A stretch of 39,483 bases of DNA from a virus (Duplodnaviria > Heunggongvirae > Uroviricota > Caudoviricetes): positions 1-39,483 of the IMG/VR virus record IMGVR_UViG_2563366928_000012; one strand, written 5' to 3'. Positions 21,397 to 30,919 of this stretch are shown one piece after another. Position 1 is the stretch's first letter. Every line of letters begins with the position of its first letter. The notes under the pieces are model-generated. The model had not been told where the DNA came from, did not search any database, and saw only the letters and a program-made list of their open reading frames with translations. Both the position numbers and the translations under genes were made by a program.

Positions 21397-21672
21397 CTAC
21401 AGTAACGAACTGCACAATGCGCCTGTATTTCGAGGATGACGTCCAAATACGTTAATCTTCTCGCGAACGCTCTCACTACACATTCGCTCTACAATTCGCC
21501 AAACAGCCTTTTCAGGTAAAAATTTCGGCGCTAGTGCTGAAATAGCACGCCACATACCCCGACTAAGCGAGCATGCTGTGCTACCGAAACTAAAGATGGC
21601 GAACGAAATAGACGTGATAAACGCCCAGCACCCAGAGAGAAAAGTTGAGATGCGGTGATAAAGCTTAGTCAT
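21397..21672 (-). CDS. Small membrane protein downstream of Rz
   Basis: 91 aa; AGGAG RBS 7 nt before ATG; hydrophobic helix STFLSGCWAFITSISFAIFSF. Confidence 0.45.
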   Translation of the reverse strand: MTKLYHRISTFLSGCWAFITSISFAIFSFGSTACSLSRGMWRAISALAPKFLPEKAVWRIVERMCSESVREKINVFGRHPRNTGALCSSLL

Positions 21673-21707
21673 ATATTGCTCCTGTTTTTTTGGTTTTCAT
21701 CGCCCGA

Positions 21708-22145
21708 TCATTTCAGGCATTGCGTCCTGATGTATTCCTGCAGGTAGCTAACCTGCGCGGTTATCCTGTCGATTCCACTTCTGAGACGGTAATAATTGAG
21801 TTCAGCATCTGCTGTAAGTCTTGGGCTTTCTCCATCGCCCATGCTGCTGGCTCCGGTCGTTGGCTTTGCACAGGTGGCGGCGACTTGCAGGCGCTTACGA
21901 CCAGCAGAAACATCAGCACGGAGGCTTTCGATAGTCTCGTTAGCATCAGCAAGCTCCTTTGTGTATCTGGCGTCGAGTTCTGCTACATCACGTTGACGCT
22001 TCTGCATATCAGCGATGATGGATGTGGCTTTATCGCGCTGCTCTTTGTAGGTCATGGCGTTATCACGGTAATGATTAACAGCCCATGACAGGCAGACGAT
22101 GATGCAGATAACCAGAGCGGAGATAATCGCGGTTACTCTGCTCAT
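21708..22145 (-). CDS. Rz: Spanin, inner membrane subunit Rz
   Basis: N-terminus [30 protein letters not shown] matches recalled lambda Rz. Confidence 0.85.
   Translation of the reverse strand: MSRVTAIISALVICIIVCLSWAVNHYRDNAMTYKEQRDKATSIIADMQKRQRDVAELDARYTKELADANETIESLRADVSAGRKRLQVAATCAKPTTGASSMGDGESPRLTADAELNYYRLRSGIDRITAQVSYLQEYIRTQCLK
21761..21952 (-). CDS. Rz1: Spanin, outer membrane lipoprotein Rz1 (embedded in Rz, +1 frame)
   Basis: Embedded ORF with lipobox-like LVVSAC followed by Pro-rich segment; exact start uncertain. Confidence 0.6.
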   Translation of the reverse strand: MLMLTRLSKASVLMFLLVVSACKSPPPVQSQRPEPAAWAMEKAQDLQQMLNSIITVSEVESTG

Positions 22146-22618
22146 ACCTCAACCTCTCTGACCGTTCCGCCAGCCTCTTTGAATTTTGCAATCAGGCTGT
22201 CAGCCTTATGCTCGAACTGACCATAACCAGCCCCCGGCAGTGAAGCCCAGATATTGCTGCAACGGTCGATAGCCTGACGAATATCACCGCGATCAATCAT
22301 CGGTAAAGCGCCACGCTCTTTAATCTGCTGTAGTGCAACAGCGTCCTGGCTTTTCGGAGAGAAGTCTTTCAGGCCAAGCTGCTTACGATAGGCATCCCAC
22401 CAACGGGAAAGAAGCTGGTAACGTCCGGCTGCTGTTGATTTGAGTCTGGGGTTTAGCGTGACAAGTTTGCGAGGGTGATCGGAGTAATCAGTGAATAGCT
22501 CTCCTCCTACAATGACGTCATAACCATGATTTCTGGTTTTCTGCCGTCCGTTATCAGTTCCCTCTGACCACGCCAGCATATCAAGGAACGCCTTACGTTG
22601 ATTATTGATTTCCACCAT
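22142..22618 (-). CDS. R: Endolysin (lambda R-type lytic transglycosylase)
   Basis: 158 aa starting [35 protein letters not shown] as in lambda R. Confidence 0.85.
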   Translation of the reverse strand: MVEINNQRKAFLDMLAWSEGTDNGRQKTRNHGYDVIVGGELFTDYSDHPRKLVTLNPRLKSTAAGRYQLLSRWWDAYRKQLGLKDFSPKSQDAVALQQIKERGALPMIDRGDIRQAIDRCSNIWASLPGAGYGQFEHKADSLIAKFKEAGGTVREVEV

Positions 22619-22925
22619 CTTCTACTCCGGCTTTTTTAGCAGCGAAGCGTTTGATAAGCGAACCAATCGAGTCAGTACCGATGTAGCCGATGAACACGCT
22701 CGTTATATAAGCGAGATTGCTACTTAGTCCGGCGAAGTCGAGAAGGTCACGAATGAACCAGGCGATAATGGCGCACATCGTTGCGTCGATTACTGTTTTT
22801 GTAAACGCACCGCCATTATATCTGCCGCGAAGGTACGCCATTGCAAACGCAAGGATTGCCCCGATGCCTTGTTCCTTTGCCGCGAGAATGGCGGCTAACA
22901 GGTCATGTTTTTCTGGCATCTTCAT
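22602..22925 (-). CDS. S: Holin/antiholin (lambda S)
   Basis: 107 aa starting [39 protein letters not shown], near-identical to recalled lambda S with dual-start MKM. Confidence 0.9.
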   Translation of the reverse strand: MKMPEKHDLLAAILAAKEQGIGAILAFAMAYLRGRYNGGAFTKTVIDATMCAIIAWFIRDLLDFAGLSSNLAYITSVFIGYIGTDSIGSLIKRFAAKKAGVEDGGNQ

Positions 22926-23041
22926 GTCTTACCCCCAATAAGGGGATTTGCTCTATTTAATTAGGAATAAGGTCGATTACTGATAGAACAAATCCAGGCT
23001 ACTGTGTTTAGTAATCAGATTTGTTCGTGACCGATATGCAC

Positions 23042-23080
23042 GGGCAAAACGGCAGGAGGTTGTTAGCGCAACCTCTTGCC
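23042..23080 (-). terminator. Candidate late-leader terminator (tR'-like)
   Basis: GGCAAGAGGTTG-CGCTAA-CAACCTCCTGCC then GTTTTGCCC on the minus strand, between tRNAs and S. Confidence 0.4.
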
Positions 23081-23167
23081 ACCCGCTTTCACGAAGGTCA
23101 TGTGTAGAAGGCCGCAGCGTAACTATCACTGATGAATTCAGGATAGCCAGTGGCTACGGCTCAGTTA

Positions 23168-23243
23168 TGGTGCTGGTTAACGGACTTGAACCGCTACCCA
23201 TTCGCTTACAAGGCGACTGCTCTACCATTGGAGCTAAACCAGC
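23168..23243 (-). tRNA. tRNA, anticodon UGU (Thr) by hand fold
   Basis: 76 nt cloverleaf: acceptor GCTGGTT/AACCAGC, D-stem GCTC/GAGC, anticodon loop CTTGTAA, T-loop TTCAAGT, encoded 3' ACCA. Confidence 0.6.
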
Positions 23244-23248
23244 ATGTT

Positions 23249-23323
23249 TGGCGGGACAGCGTGGACTCGAACCACGATAAGAAGGTTAACAGCCTTCCGT
23301 AATGACCTTTATACGACTGACCC
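23249..23323 (-). tRNA. tRNA-like, anticodon GUU (Asn) by hand fold, imperfect stems
   Basis: 75 nt: anticodon stem GAAGG/CCTTC, loop CTGTTAA, T-arm CGTGG-TTCGAGT-CCACG, 3' GCCA; one acceptor-stem and one D-stem mismatch. Confidence 0.45.
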
Positions 23324-23386
23324 AAATAAAAAAAGCCACCGTTGCAACTTAAGAGTCACTAACGGCAGCTTACCTTCTAATTATGG

Positions 23387-23905
23387 CTAAATAGATAATT
23401 GCATGTCAAGGCTTTTAACAGCAACATGCTTAACTTTCTCAACACGTTTACGCATTTTGAAAGCATTTTGCATTGGCTGGTACAAAACAAATAACGACGC
23501 TTTCAGGATGTCGTCAATTTCGTTTCTACAGGTTGCCATTGAAGGTTTTCTCCATCCCTCGCCACCACGTCCACACATTTTGCGTGGCTTTGCAGTCGCG
23601 TGATAGTAGGATGCAATTGCTCGCTTAGATGAACCATGAGCGTAGTAGCTGAGGAGGATGCCAAAGGCTTTCTTGTCAATGTACATGACGGAATCGACGA
23701 CCTGAGAAATCAACATTCCATCATCATCATTACACATTGGCCTTGTCATAACTCTTCCCGGCTCTACGCTCTCCATGAACTTCGCTATTACGCTGCTCAT
23801 GCGCTTTTCCAGGCGGCCTGAATAAACCCATGCACCCCACAGTTCAAGCCAGCCATTCAGCCAATCATGCTGTTCTTTGGTGAGGTTTAGTTCTCTTATG
23901 CCCAC
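23387..23905 (-). CDS. Q: Late-gene antiterminator Q-like (non-lambda Q type)
   Basis: 172 aa at the Q position between ninI and the late leader; Cys/His-containing; sequence differs from lambda Q, so assignment is positional. Confidence 0.55.
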   Translation of the reverse strand: MGIRELNLTKEQHDWLNGWLELWGAWVYSGRLEKRMSSVIAKFMESVEPGRVMTRPMCNDDDGMLISQVVDSVMYIDKKAFGILLSYYAHGSSKRAIASYYHATAKPRKMCGRGGEGWRKPSMATCRNEIDDILKASLFVLYQPMQNAFKMRKRVEKVKHVAVKSLDMQLSI

Positions 23906-24567
23906 GCGCCTTCTCCCTGTACCTGAATCAATGTGAGCTTTCCGCAGAACACTGCGCCGGTATCGATATACATCTGGTTGGCAAATTTGAGCGGTTTCAC
24001 TGCTGGCGTATGACCAAAGATGAACGTGTCCGCGCCTTTAATTTCTTTCACGATCCCGTCTTGTGAGTTGCTGATTCGTTCTCGGTTCCAGATTACCTGC
24101 TGATGATCAACTGGCTTTCCAAACTCGTATTCGTCACAAGGATAATCGGCGTGGCAGATGACATATTTTTTATCTTTGCTCACCAGTTCGATGATTAACG
24201 GAAGTTCATCTGCTTTATGGGCAAGAGCTTTAGCCAGAATTTCTTTGTCGTAATCGAGATTAAAGAACCAGCCACCGCCATTAAGCATCCAGTGATTGAC
24301 GTTTCCGCGCTCTGATAAGCCATCAATCATCATTTGCTCATGGTTTCCACGTACAGCTCTGAACCAGGGGAATGTGATTAATTCCAGGCATTCGACGTTC
24401 TCTGTACCGCGATCGACCAAATCGCCAACCGAGATAAGCAGGTCTTTTTTGGTGTCGAATCCTATCGTCTCCAGTTTTTTCATCAGGTTCGTGTAGCATC
24501 CGTGCAGATCGCCAACTACCCAAATATTTCGGTATTTGCTGCCATCAATTCTTTCGTAATAGCGCAT
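23896..24567 (-). CDS. ninI: Ser/Thr protein phosphatase NinI (lambda PPase)
   Basis: From [24 protein letters not shown]; GDLHG, GDLVDRG and GNHE metallophosphatase motifs. Confidence 0.9.
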   Translation of the reverse strand: MRYYERIDGSKYRNIWVVGDLHGCYTNLMKKLETIGFDTKKDLLISVGDLVDRGTENVECLELITFPWFRAVRGNHEQMMIDGLSERGNVNHWMLNGGGWFFNLDYDKEILAKALAHKADELPLIIELVSKDKKYVICHADYPCDEYEFGKPVDHQQVIWNRERISNSQDGIVKEIKGADTFIFGHTPAVKPLKFANQMYIDTGAVFCGKLTLIQVQGEGAWA

Positions 24568-24751
24568 CTCTTTCACTCCATCCGCGATGAACCATGAGAA
24601 CGTCGTTGACGATGGCGTGCATTTTCCCGTCTTTATCATCAACGTATTTTCTGACCGTACCGCGACTACATTTCAGTCTGCGTGCTACTTCTGTCTGGTT
24701 TCCGTATGCTTCAACGAGCATGTCTGGAATGGTTTTTACTGAGAACGTCAT
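24545..24751 (-). CDS. ninH: NinH
   Basis: 68 aa [37 protein letters not shown], matches recalled lambda NinH. Confidence 0.85.
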   Translation of the reverse strand: MTFSVKTIPDMLVEAYGNQTEVARRLKCSRGTVRKYVDDKDGKMHAIVNDVLMVHRGWSERDALLRKN

Positions 24752-25359
24752 GCGGCCTCACTTCTGCTATTTCGCAGGTCTTTGAGTTTCTGTTGGTACT
24801 CTGCCTTGATCGCCTTGCACTCTTCGACAGTCCAGCGATGGCGGTTATGGTTTGATTCGATTTCGTCTACTGCTTCCTGCCCGATCCGGTTAATCAGTTC
24901 GACGCGATACGGAACGAGATTTCCGCTTTTATGCTGGTTGCACACCACGCATTGCTTGTGAATATTGCGTTCATCAAATCGGAGTTGAGGTGCCGCAGCA
25001 GTTGTCCGGTAATGCCCGGCATCCCACTGAGCAGACGTGAGCGTTCCGCACGAGATACATGGTAAGTCGCGGTCTCTTTCTCTGATGAAGGCGTTTACGG
25101 CTTGTTGGGCTTGTTTAATCCAGTAACTGCGGGGCTTTAAGGCGAGTTTTCGAATCTTAAGTTTATCTTTCTGTTTCTGCTCCTCTCGTCGTCGTTTCTT
25201 CTCTACTTCCTTTTCCGCTTTTTCGCGTTCTTTGCTTCGTCGTTCGAGTGCTATCTTGGTTCCACACTCTGGAGAGCACCACCACTGATTGGCGAATGCA
25301 GGGTGAAACCATTCCCGACATTCATCGTTTTTACATCGTCTTCGCGCTGGTTTAGCCAT
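24748..25359 (-). CDS. ninG: NinG (Rap-like recombination protein)
   Basis: 203 aa, Cys-rich N-terminus and Lys/Glu-rich stretch as lambda NinG; position. Confidence 0.8.
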   Translation of the reverse strand: MAKPARRRCKNDECREWFHPAFANQWWCSPECGTKIALERRSKEREKAEKEVEKKRRREEQKQKDKLKIRKLALKPRSYWIKQAQQAVNAFIRERDRDLPCISCGTLTSAQWDAGHYRTTAAAPQLRFDERNIHKQCVVCNQHKSGNLVPYRVELINRIGQEAVDEIESNHNRHRWTVEECKAIKAEYQQKLKDLRNSRSEAA

Positions 25360-25564
25360 CGTCTTCTTCCTCGTACATTGAGCTATTCGGATCGCTCATC
25401 AGTTCTGCACAGCAGAGCTCACACACGTGAACTTCCAGCACATGCAGCTTCTGACCGCAGTTAGCGCACGTTAAAGCTCGCTCGACGCTTTCTTGTTCGT
25501 AACTTCGATTTTGGTCAATCACCTTGTTTTCCTCGCACGATGTCTTAGCCACCGGATATCCCAC
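25352..25564 (-). CDS. ninF: NinF
   Basis: [25 protein letters not shown]...[18 protein letters not shown] matches recalled lambda NinF. Confidence 0.8.
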   Translation of the reverse strand: MGYPVAKTSCEENKVIDQNRSYEQESVERALTCANCGQKLHVLEVHVCELCCAELMSDPNSSMYEEEDDG

Positions 25565-25701
25565 AGGTGAGCCGTGTAATTGAAGGTTTTAACGTCAGAT
25601 TCTTTTGGGATTGGCCTGGGTTTATTTCTGGAACGTTTCGTTGGAAGGTAATTGCAGTTTTCACAGATTATGTCGGTGAAACTTCGTCGCTGTCGCCTCA
25701 T
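25519..25701 (-). CDS. ninE: NinE
   Basis: From [60 protein letters not shown], matches recalled lambda NinE. Confidence 0.8.
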   Translation of the reverse strand: MRRQRRSFTDIICENCNYLPTKRSRNKPRPIPKESDVKTFNYTAHLWDIRWLRHRARKTR

Positions 25702-26144
25702 GCCGCCCTCCCTGTTCGTTGTGACCATTCATACTCTCGCCGGGAGTCATCACTCCACCGCACGTTGCGCTCTGAGCCGAACCAGAACATGATTTCGATA
25801 AGCTCAGTCATGCTGGCCTTTCGCATTTTGCTGGTACGCACGCCAAGCATAACAACGCCACCGTCGATACCAGGCGCACTTCGTTGCTCCAGTTTTTTGG
25901 TCTTAAGCCACAGGGCAGTGAACAGATCTTTCCAGTCCTCCGGCGCAAGTCTCTCTCCATGCCAGAGCACCTGACGCGATACGTCCTGCAATAACGCCCA
26001 CATAAGGCGGTTTTGAGGATTGCTCCGCTTTGGTTCTTTAATGTGGACTTCGTGAGGTGACTTGTCGTCGATCGGAAGTGAGAGTATTGCGTCTATGGCG
26101 TTGTTTCTGATTGCTTCGTTGCGAAGCATGTATATTGGCTTCAT
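25698..26144 (-). CDS. ninB: NinB (Orf-family recombination mediator)
   Basis: Position upstream of ninE; start taken at [11 protein letters not shown]. Confidence 0.65.
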   Translation of the reverse strand: MKPIYMLRNEAIRNNAIDAILSLPIDDKSPHEVHIKEPKRSNPQNRLMWALLQDVSRQVLWHGERLAPEDWKDLFTALWLKTKKLEQRSAPGIDGGVVMLGVRTSKMRKASMTELIEIMFWFGSERNVRWSDDSRREYEWSQRTGRAA

Positions 26145-26151
26145 CGTTACC

Positions 26152-26346
26152 TCAACTAACAAAACGCCACGCCATTTTTGCTACAGCGACAGGCATAACA
26201 CCGATAATCACCCAGACAAATGCAGCGCCAAACAACGTATACCATGGGTCTTTACCGTCATTCACAAGACGAATGTAGCTATGCAGAACAATAAAAAACG
26301 TCAGAAGAATCCATCCAACGCCAACGCATTTGAGTGCGACGAGCAT
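26152..26346 (-). CDS. Small two-helix membrane protein
   Basis: About 64 aa from internal ATG (MLVALKCVGVGWILLTFFIVLH...), two hydrophobic segments. Confidence 0.4.
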   Translation of the reverse strand: MLVALKCVGVGWILLTFFIVLHSYIRLVNDGKDPWYTLFGAAFVWVIIGVMPVAVAKMAWRFVS

Positions 26347-26370
26347 AAACTCAGCCACGATTTACTCTCC

Positions 26371-26405
26371 CCCAAATAAAAAGGCCTGCGATTACCAGCA
26401 GGCCT
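26371..26405 (-). terminator. Hairpin plus U-tract downstream of helicase gene
   Basis: AGGCCTGC-TGGTAATC-GCAGGCCT then TTTTTATTTGG on the minus strand; lies inside a 27-codon hydrophobic mini-ORF starting right after the helicase stop. Confidence 0.45.
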
Positions 26406-26434
26406 GTTACAAGCTCAGTGATGTAGATGGTCAT

Positions 26435-28315
26435 TTAATACTCCGTCACGTTTTCCTGTCGCCACGCCTCGTCATATTCCGATTTCGGCATATTGGCGAT
26501 GTAGCTATATGGCGATCCTGATTCAAGTTGCAGGAACTGGTGCGATTGCTCGTCAAGGAACAACGGGACACCACCTTCCCAACCTTCGCCGTTACGTTGT
26601 TTTTCAAGCATCAAAACAGATGCCGGAGATGCCAGTAGCTGTTCGTCCTTCTCTGACATCTTTTCACCACTCTGAACTCTCTGTAACGCTCTCTCGCGAG
26701 CCTTGTTACGCCAGATGATGAAAAGGTTGTCTGTCAGGTCTGTTATCGCTCCAGAGCCTTTTACGTCCATTTTCCCGGTTGGTTTTTCTTCGCTGTCTCC
26801 TTTTCGCGAGTGAGTAACGAGAATGACGTGGGAGTTTGTTTTGTTTTTGAAGTCGCAAATCGAGTCAACAAACGCCTTCTGCCCGTTATAGTCATCGTCG
26901 CCTATGCCACATTTCATCAGGCTGTCGATGATGAATAACTGGATCCCGTATCGGCGGCGAGCGTAGTCGAATATTTCGATCAGCCTGTCGGCTTTCGCCG
27001 TTCCGGTCAGGCCAAACACCCAAAGTCTTTCGTCATAAAATTTAAATGCAGAGTCAATTTCCAGCACTGGCGGCATCTTGCAGCACGTCGCCTGACGGGT
27101 AAGGCGCTTAAGGAGAATACCAGGCTTCAGCTCAAGTGACGCGATGCACGTCTTCACACCCTGACGCATTGCCTCAAGTGCCATATGCCCGACAACCTCC
27201 GTTTTTCCGTGACCGTTCACACCATTGACCAGCGTCAACTCTGCCTCACGGAACTGGAATTTATCTGCCAGAGATTCCCACGGTGGATTAAACAGATATT
27301 GCTGCTTGCCGTAGAAAGCGTTGATAGTGTCCTGGTAAAACTCTCGCGCGCTGTAGAGTTCTTCAGGATCGAAGTAGGATGCCGTGCCGATGTACTGCCA
27401 GATTTCATCCTCGGTAACACCGTTCATCAGGCATTCGTTGATGTCTTTGTACGGCAGAGTAACAAGACGGCAACGATGTTCACCGAGTCGGCTTGCGATT
27501 TCCCTTGCGGCTTCACGACCAACATCATCAACGTCCATCGAGATGAATATTTCCTCAAACCTGTCGAGGTTGTGATACTCAAACTCAATCCACTGTTGCT
27601 TAGCGCCTTTCCCGCCACCAAACGGCACGGATAACGCCGAGATGCCGTATTGCGCATAGCTCATACAATCAATTTCGCCTTCGCAAAGCACAACCGCCCT
27701 CACGCCAGCGTCCAGAGCCTGCCATCCGAACAGGCAAGGTTCGCAATCACCTTCTGCCATAATGACTTTCTTCCCGTCCTGGCGCTCAGTGCTGATTCGC
27801 TTGACCTGCAACAACTCACCATCGCGTTTGTACGGAATCACCAGAGCATCCAGTTCCCGCTCTCCATTCCACACCTTGCCGCTGACAACCTCGTAGCGCT
27901 TTACGATTTCTGGCGATATGCCACGCGATTGCAGGTACTCAAGATGGGATTCTGTTCTGGTAACGTAGCGGGCGATTTTCTTGCGATCAGGTCTGGAGAA
28001 TTTCTTCTCACGTCTGGCATCGAAATGGTGATCGTCATCCTTGATACCGAGAAATGCTTTCGCTTCCTGCATAGCCTGATGCAGGTTAATTCCACGACAT
28101 GCCATCCACAAATCAAGCATGTCACCGCCGTCTCCCTCAGCGAAATCAGCCCATTTTTTCTTGCCGCTAAGGTTGACCTTAAGGCTGTTTCCCTTGTCAC
28201 CGTTGACGTTACCGGCAACCCACTCATGCCCCTCTTTCTTGCCGTTTGGCAACAGGTGTGGAGCCACCCTGTCAACCTGCGCCCAAAGCAGGTCACTGAG
28301 TTCACTTGGCGTCAT
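26435..28315 (-). CDS. Replicative primase-helicase (TOPRIM primase fused to DnaB-like P-loop helicase)
   Basis: 626 aa; Walker A-like GVNGHGKT in C-terminal half, primase-like N-terminal half; sits downstream of the O-like initiator. Confidence 0.7.
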   Translation of the reverse strand: MTPSELSDLLWAQVDRVAPHLLPNGKKEGHEWVAGNVNGDKGNSLKVNLSGKKKWADFAEGDGGDMLDLWMACRGINLHQAMQEAKAFLGIKDDDHHFDARREKKFSRPDRKKIARYVTRTESHLEYLQSRGISPEIVKRYEVVSGKVWNGERELDALVIPYKRDGELLQVKRISTERQDGKKVIMAEGDCEPCLFGWQALDAGVRAVVLCEGEIDCMSYAQYGISALSVPFGGGKGAKQQWIEFEYHNLDRFEEIFISMDVDDVGREAAREIASRLGEHRCRLVTLPYKDINECLMNGVTEDEIWQYIGTASYFDPEELYSAREFYQDTINAFYGKQQYLFNPPWESLADKFQFREAELTLVNGVNGHGKTEVVGHMALEAMRQGVKTCIASLELKPGILLKRLTRQATCCKMPPVLEIDSAFKFYDERLWVFGLTGTAKADRLIEIFDYARRRYGIQLFIIDSLMKCGIGDDDYNGQKAFVDSICDFKNKTNSHVILVTHSRKGDSEEKPTGKMDVKGSGAITDLTDNLFIIWRNKARERALQRVQSGEKMSEKDEQLLASPASVLMLEKQRNGEGWEGGVPLFLDEQSHQFLQLESGSPYSYIANMPKSEYDEAWRQENVTEY

Positions 28316-28422
28316 GATTCCCTCAGATTGAGATTTTTAAACCAGAAATCGACAAACGAAATACTTAACCAGCCGTGGTTATAACCAGCGACCAGTAGCG
28401 ATTTGATTTTTGATTTCATGGT

Positions 28423-29283
28423 TCACCTGTCGAAAAACACGTAGCCAGTTTTCGATACGGTGATTGCGGATGATGGTTTGGATTGTGGTTGAATAGTTTC
28501 TGGCTTCTCGTCGTTCCAGCGTTGACCGTTCAGGTAGCTCGATGGTAACAACCTGTCGAATCCGAACTGCTTACCATTCCTGCATGCGATGTCTTCTGCC
28601 AGCATCGTGGCAAACTCGCTTGCCGTACCCCTGGTAGTTTTACGCCATTCCCTGAACTGTGTTCTGAATGCCGAAGCTGCGTTTTTCTTCCCGGCCTTCC
28701 GCATGCCTGCACACCAGAATATTTCCTCGAATGCCTTGTCGGTTTCTTCGTGACGGTCATGTGATTTTTCACACTCCGTCCGAACACTTTCGGACATAGT
28801 GTTTTTATTATTTCTTTTTTCTTTTGTAATAGTTTCTTTTGTGTGTCCCTGTTTTGGTGACAGCGCTGTCACCGTTTTGGTGACACTTTTTGTCACCAAT
28901 GCAGTGACATTATCACCAGAGTAGTGACACCCTTCGTTTTGCCATTCCTCGATGTTCTTGTTAGGCCCGATTTGCTGGCCTTCGCGAAGGATAACCTTCA
29001 TCGCGATAAGCTCATTCTTGGCCTTGTTTACCTTCTGTCTTGGCAGCCTGGTAATTTGAGCTAACTGACTATCAGAGATGCGATCCATATTTTTACCGTA
29101 GCCGTATGTTTTACGGCATATGGCGTGGGCAACCTTGCTCTGATTTTTCGTTAAATCTGCGCCGATAAGCTCTTCATACAGGGCATTTGCAAGACGGGTA
29201 TAACCATCTTCAACTTCTGCCACACGACGCTCCACAGGCCGTTGTGAAGGCCTTAAATGTGTTACGGTTGCAAGATTACTCAT
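28423..29283 (-). CDS. Replication initiator, lambda O-like N-terminal domain
   Basis: [47 protein letters not shown] resembles lambda O N-terminal domain; iteron array embedded in the coding sequence. Confidence 0.75.
   Translation of the reverse strand: MSNLATVTHLRPSQRPVERRVAEVEDGYTRLANALYEELIGADLTKNQSKVAHAICRKTYGYGKNMDRISDSQLAQITRLPRQKVNKAKNELIAMKVILREGQQIGPNKNIEEWQNEGCHYSGDNVTALVTKSVTKTVTALSPKQGHTKETITKEKRNNKNTMSESVRTECEKSHDRHEETDKAFEEIFWCAGMRKAGKKNAASAFRTQFREWRKTTRGTASEFATMLAEDIACRNGKQFGFDRLLPSSYLNGQRWNDEKPETIQPQSKPSSAITVSKTGYVFFDR
28800..28930. repeat. Origin of replication: GGTGACA-type iterons plus adjacent AT-rich tract
   Basis: TTTTGGTGACAGCGCTGTCACCGTTTTGGTGACACTTTTTGTCACCAATGCAGTGACATTATCACCAGAGTAGTGACACCC next to a T-rich stretch, inside the O-like gene. 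Confidence 0.7.
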
Positions 29284-29454
29284 GACCTTTCTCCTTCTGC
29301 ATCAGCTTCACTTTTTCCAACTCAGCCCGGAATCGACCAGGCTGCTTGAAGCTGGACAGGAAGCGATCACGTAGTATGTGTTTGTGAATTTTGTCCTGGT
29401 AAGGACTGAGTTGTTTTGTCATAATTACTCCTGTGGATTGATCCAGTAATTCCC

Positions 29455-29754
29455 TCAGAACTCCATCTGGATTTGTTCAGAACGCTCGGTCTTGCACACC
29501 GGGCGTTTTTTATTGGTGATTCCATCAAGCGCATACTTAAAAGCCCTGCTAATCGGACTGATGTCTGATGCCATTCCGAAAGCACACAAGACCGAAGCAA
29601 TAAATCTCCAGTCCGTTCTGCTTATCTTCGATTCATGACAGCCAATCATCTTTGCCAGACCGCGCTGGGTAAGCGTTGACAGGTTGATGAGTAAATCCGT
29701 TTCTGCGCGATCAACGTCGCGCTGGGATAGTTTGCTGTAACTTGTTTGTGTCAT
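29455..29754 (-). CDS. cII: CII transcriptional activator
   Basis: C-terminus [20 protein letters not shown] matches recalled lambda CII C-terminus. Confidence 0.8.
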   Translation of the reverse strand: MTQTSYSKLSQRDVDRAETDLLINLSTLTQRGLAKMIGCHESKISRTDWRFIASVLCAFGMASDISPISRAFKYALDGITNKKRPVCKTERSEQIQMEF

Positions 29755-29840
29755 TTCTTAATATTTCCAATAGTGAATAGTTAGTTGAAAGGTATGCGTG
29801 GAAACGCATATGGCCTTAGTTGGTCAGATATCTTGGGACT

Positions 29841-29885
29841 CGCTTTTCAGCGACGTAGGACGAATGTCCGTTGTTACAAAGAGCG
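29841..29885 (-). promoter_or_regulatory. nutR-like site (boxA plus boxB)
   Basis: Minus strand: boxA CGCTCTTTG (29877-29885), then boxB hairpin TCGC-TGAAAA-GCGA (29841-29852). Confidence 0.55.
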
Positions 29886-29895
29886 GATCCGCTTA

Positions 29896-30111
29896 TTAAG
29901 CGGCTTTGTGTTCCGGCGGGAACACGTCATCAAGACTGACTTTTGCGCCTAACTTGTTTAGGCATGCAACAAGAGCACGGCATGTTTTAAGGTCTGGGAA
30001 GCGACGACCAGATTCCCAATGTCCGATAGCTCCCTGTGTGCATCCAACTGCCTTAGCAAGTGTTGTTTGAGAGATATTCAGTGACTCTCGATATTTTCGT
30101 AGGTTGCTCAT
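29896..30111 (-). CDS. cro: Cro-like HTH repressor
   Basis: 71 aa with HTH (ISQTTLAKAVGCTQGAIGHWESG), divergent from cI. Confidence 0.75.
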   Translation of the reverse strand: MSNLRKYRESLNISQTTLAKAVGCTQGAIGHWESGRRFPDLKTCRALVACLNKLGAKVSLDDVFPPEHKAA

Positions 30112-30220
30112 ATGCCCTCCATAGTAAACACGAATAAAAATACAATATGTACTTTACGAATACAAGTAAAAATACACATTGTGCATGGATGGTTCCAGTA
30201 CAAAGCGTAATAATAAGGAC
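30112..30220. promoter_or_regulatory. OR region (PR/PRM with candidate operators)
   Basis: Intergenic between cro and cI; contains ATACAATATGTACTTT and TACAAAGCGT, words shared with the putative OL region (32400-32470). Confidence 0.45.
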
Positions 30221-30880
30221 ATGAAAATGAAATGGTATGAACTGGCTAGATCCAGAATGAAAGAGCTCGGCATAACTCAAGAGAAGTTAGCCGAAGAGCT
30301 AGGTATGACGCAGGGTGGGATTGGACACTGGTTGCGCGGATCTCGTCATCCATCTCTTAGTGATATTGGTGTGGTGTTTAAATACCTTGGTATTGATAAC
30401 ATATCATTCAACCACGACGGGACATTTTCACCTGTTGGCGAATACTCATCGGCCCCAGTTAAAAAACAATATGAGTACCCTGTTTTTTCTCATGTTCAGG
30501 CTGGGATGTTCTCTCCAGAACTCAGAACCTTTACCAAAGGCGATGCGGAGAGATTGGTAAGCACAACCAAAAAAGCCAGTGACTCTGCATTCTGGCTTGA
30601 GGTTGAAGGTAACTCAATGACCGCACCAACAGGTTCCAAACCCAGCTTTCCTGACGGGATGTTAATTCTGGTTGACCCTGAGCAAGCTGTTGAGCCCGGC
30701 GATTTCTGCATAGCCAGACTTGGTGGTGATGAATTTACCTTCAAGAAACTGATCAGGGATAGCGGTCAGGTGTTTCTACAGCCACTAAACCCACAATACC
30801 CAATGATCCCATGCAATGAGAGTTGTTCCGTTGTGGGGAAAGTTATCGCCAGCCAATGGCCTGAAGAGACGTTTGGGTGA
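30221..30880 (+). CDS. cI: CI repressor: non-lambda N-terminal HTH fused to lambda-type CI C-terminal (S24/LexA-like) domain
   Basis: C-terminal about 150 aa from [28 protein letters not shown] to PEETFG match recalled lambda CI almost residue for residue; N-terminal HTH differs. Confidence 0.85.
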   Translation: MKMKWYELARSRMKELGITQEKLAEELGMTQGGIGHWLRGSRHPSLSDIGVVFKYLGIDNISFNHDGTFSPVGEYSSAPVKKQYEYPVFSHVQAGMFSPELRTFTKGDAERLVSTTKKASDSAFWLEVEGNSMTAPTGSKPSFPDGMLILVDPEQAVEPGDFCIARLGGDEFTFKKLIRDSGQVFLQPLNPQYPMIPCNESCSVVGKVIASQWPEETFG

Positions 30881-30919
30881 TGAAACCACTTTTATCTACA
30901 ATTTACAGGGCGGTAAACA

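Noticed and set aside
22926-23386. Toxin cargo (for example Shiga toxin-like genes) between Q and S
   Set aside because: The interval is only about 460 bp and is accounted for by two tRNAs and a terminator-like hairpin; no protein-coding ORF fits.
28856-28930. Short direct and inverted GGTGACA repeats that could be mistaken for a CRISPR-like or mobile-element repeat
   Set aside because: They are few, irregular in spacing, sit inside the O-like initiator gene next to an AT-rich tract, and fit replication-origin iterons; no CRISPR array is present in the window.
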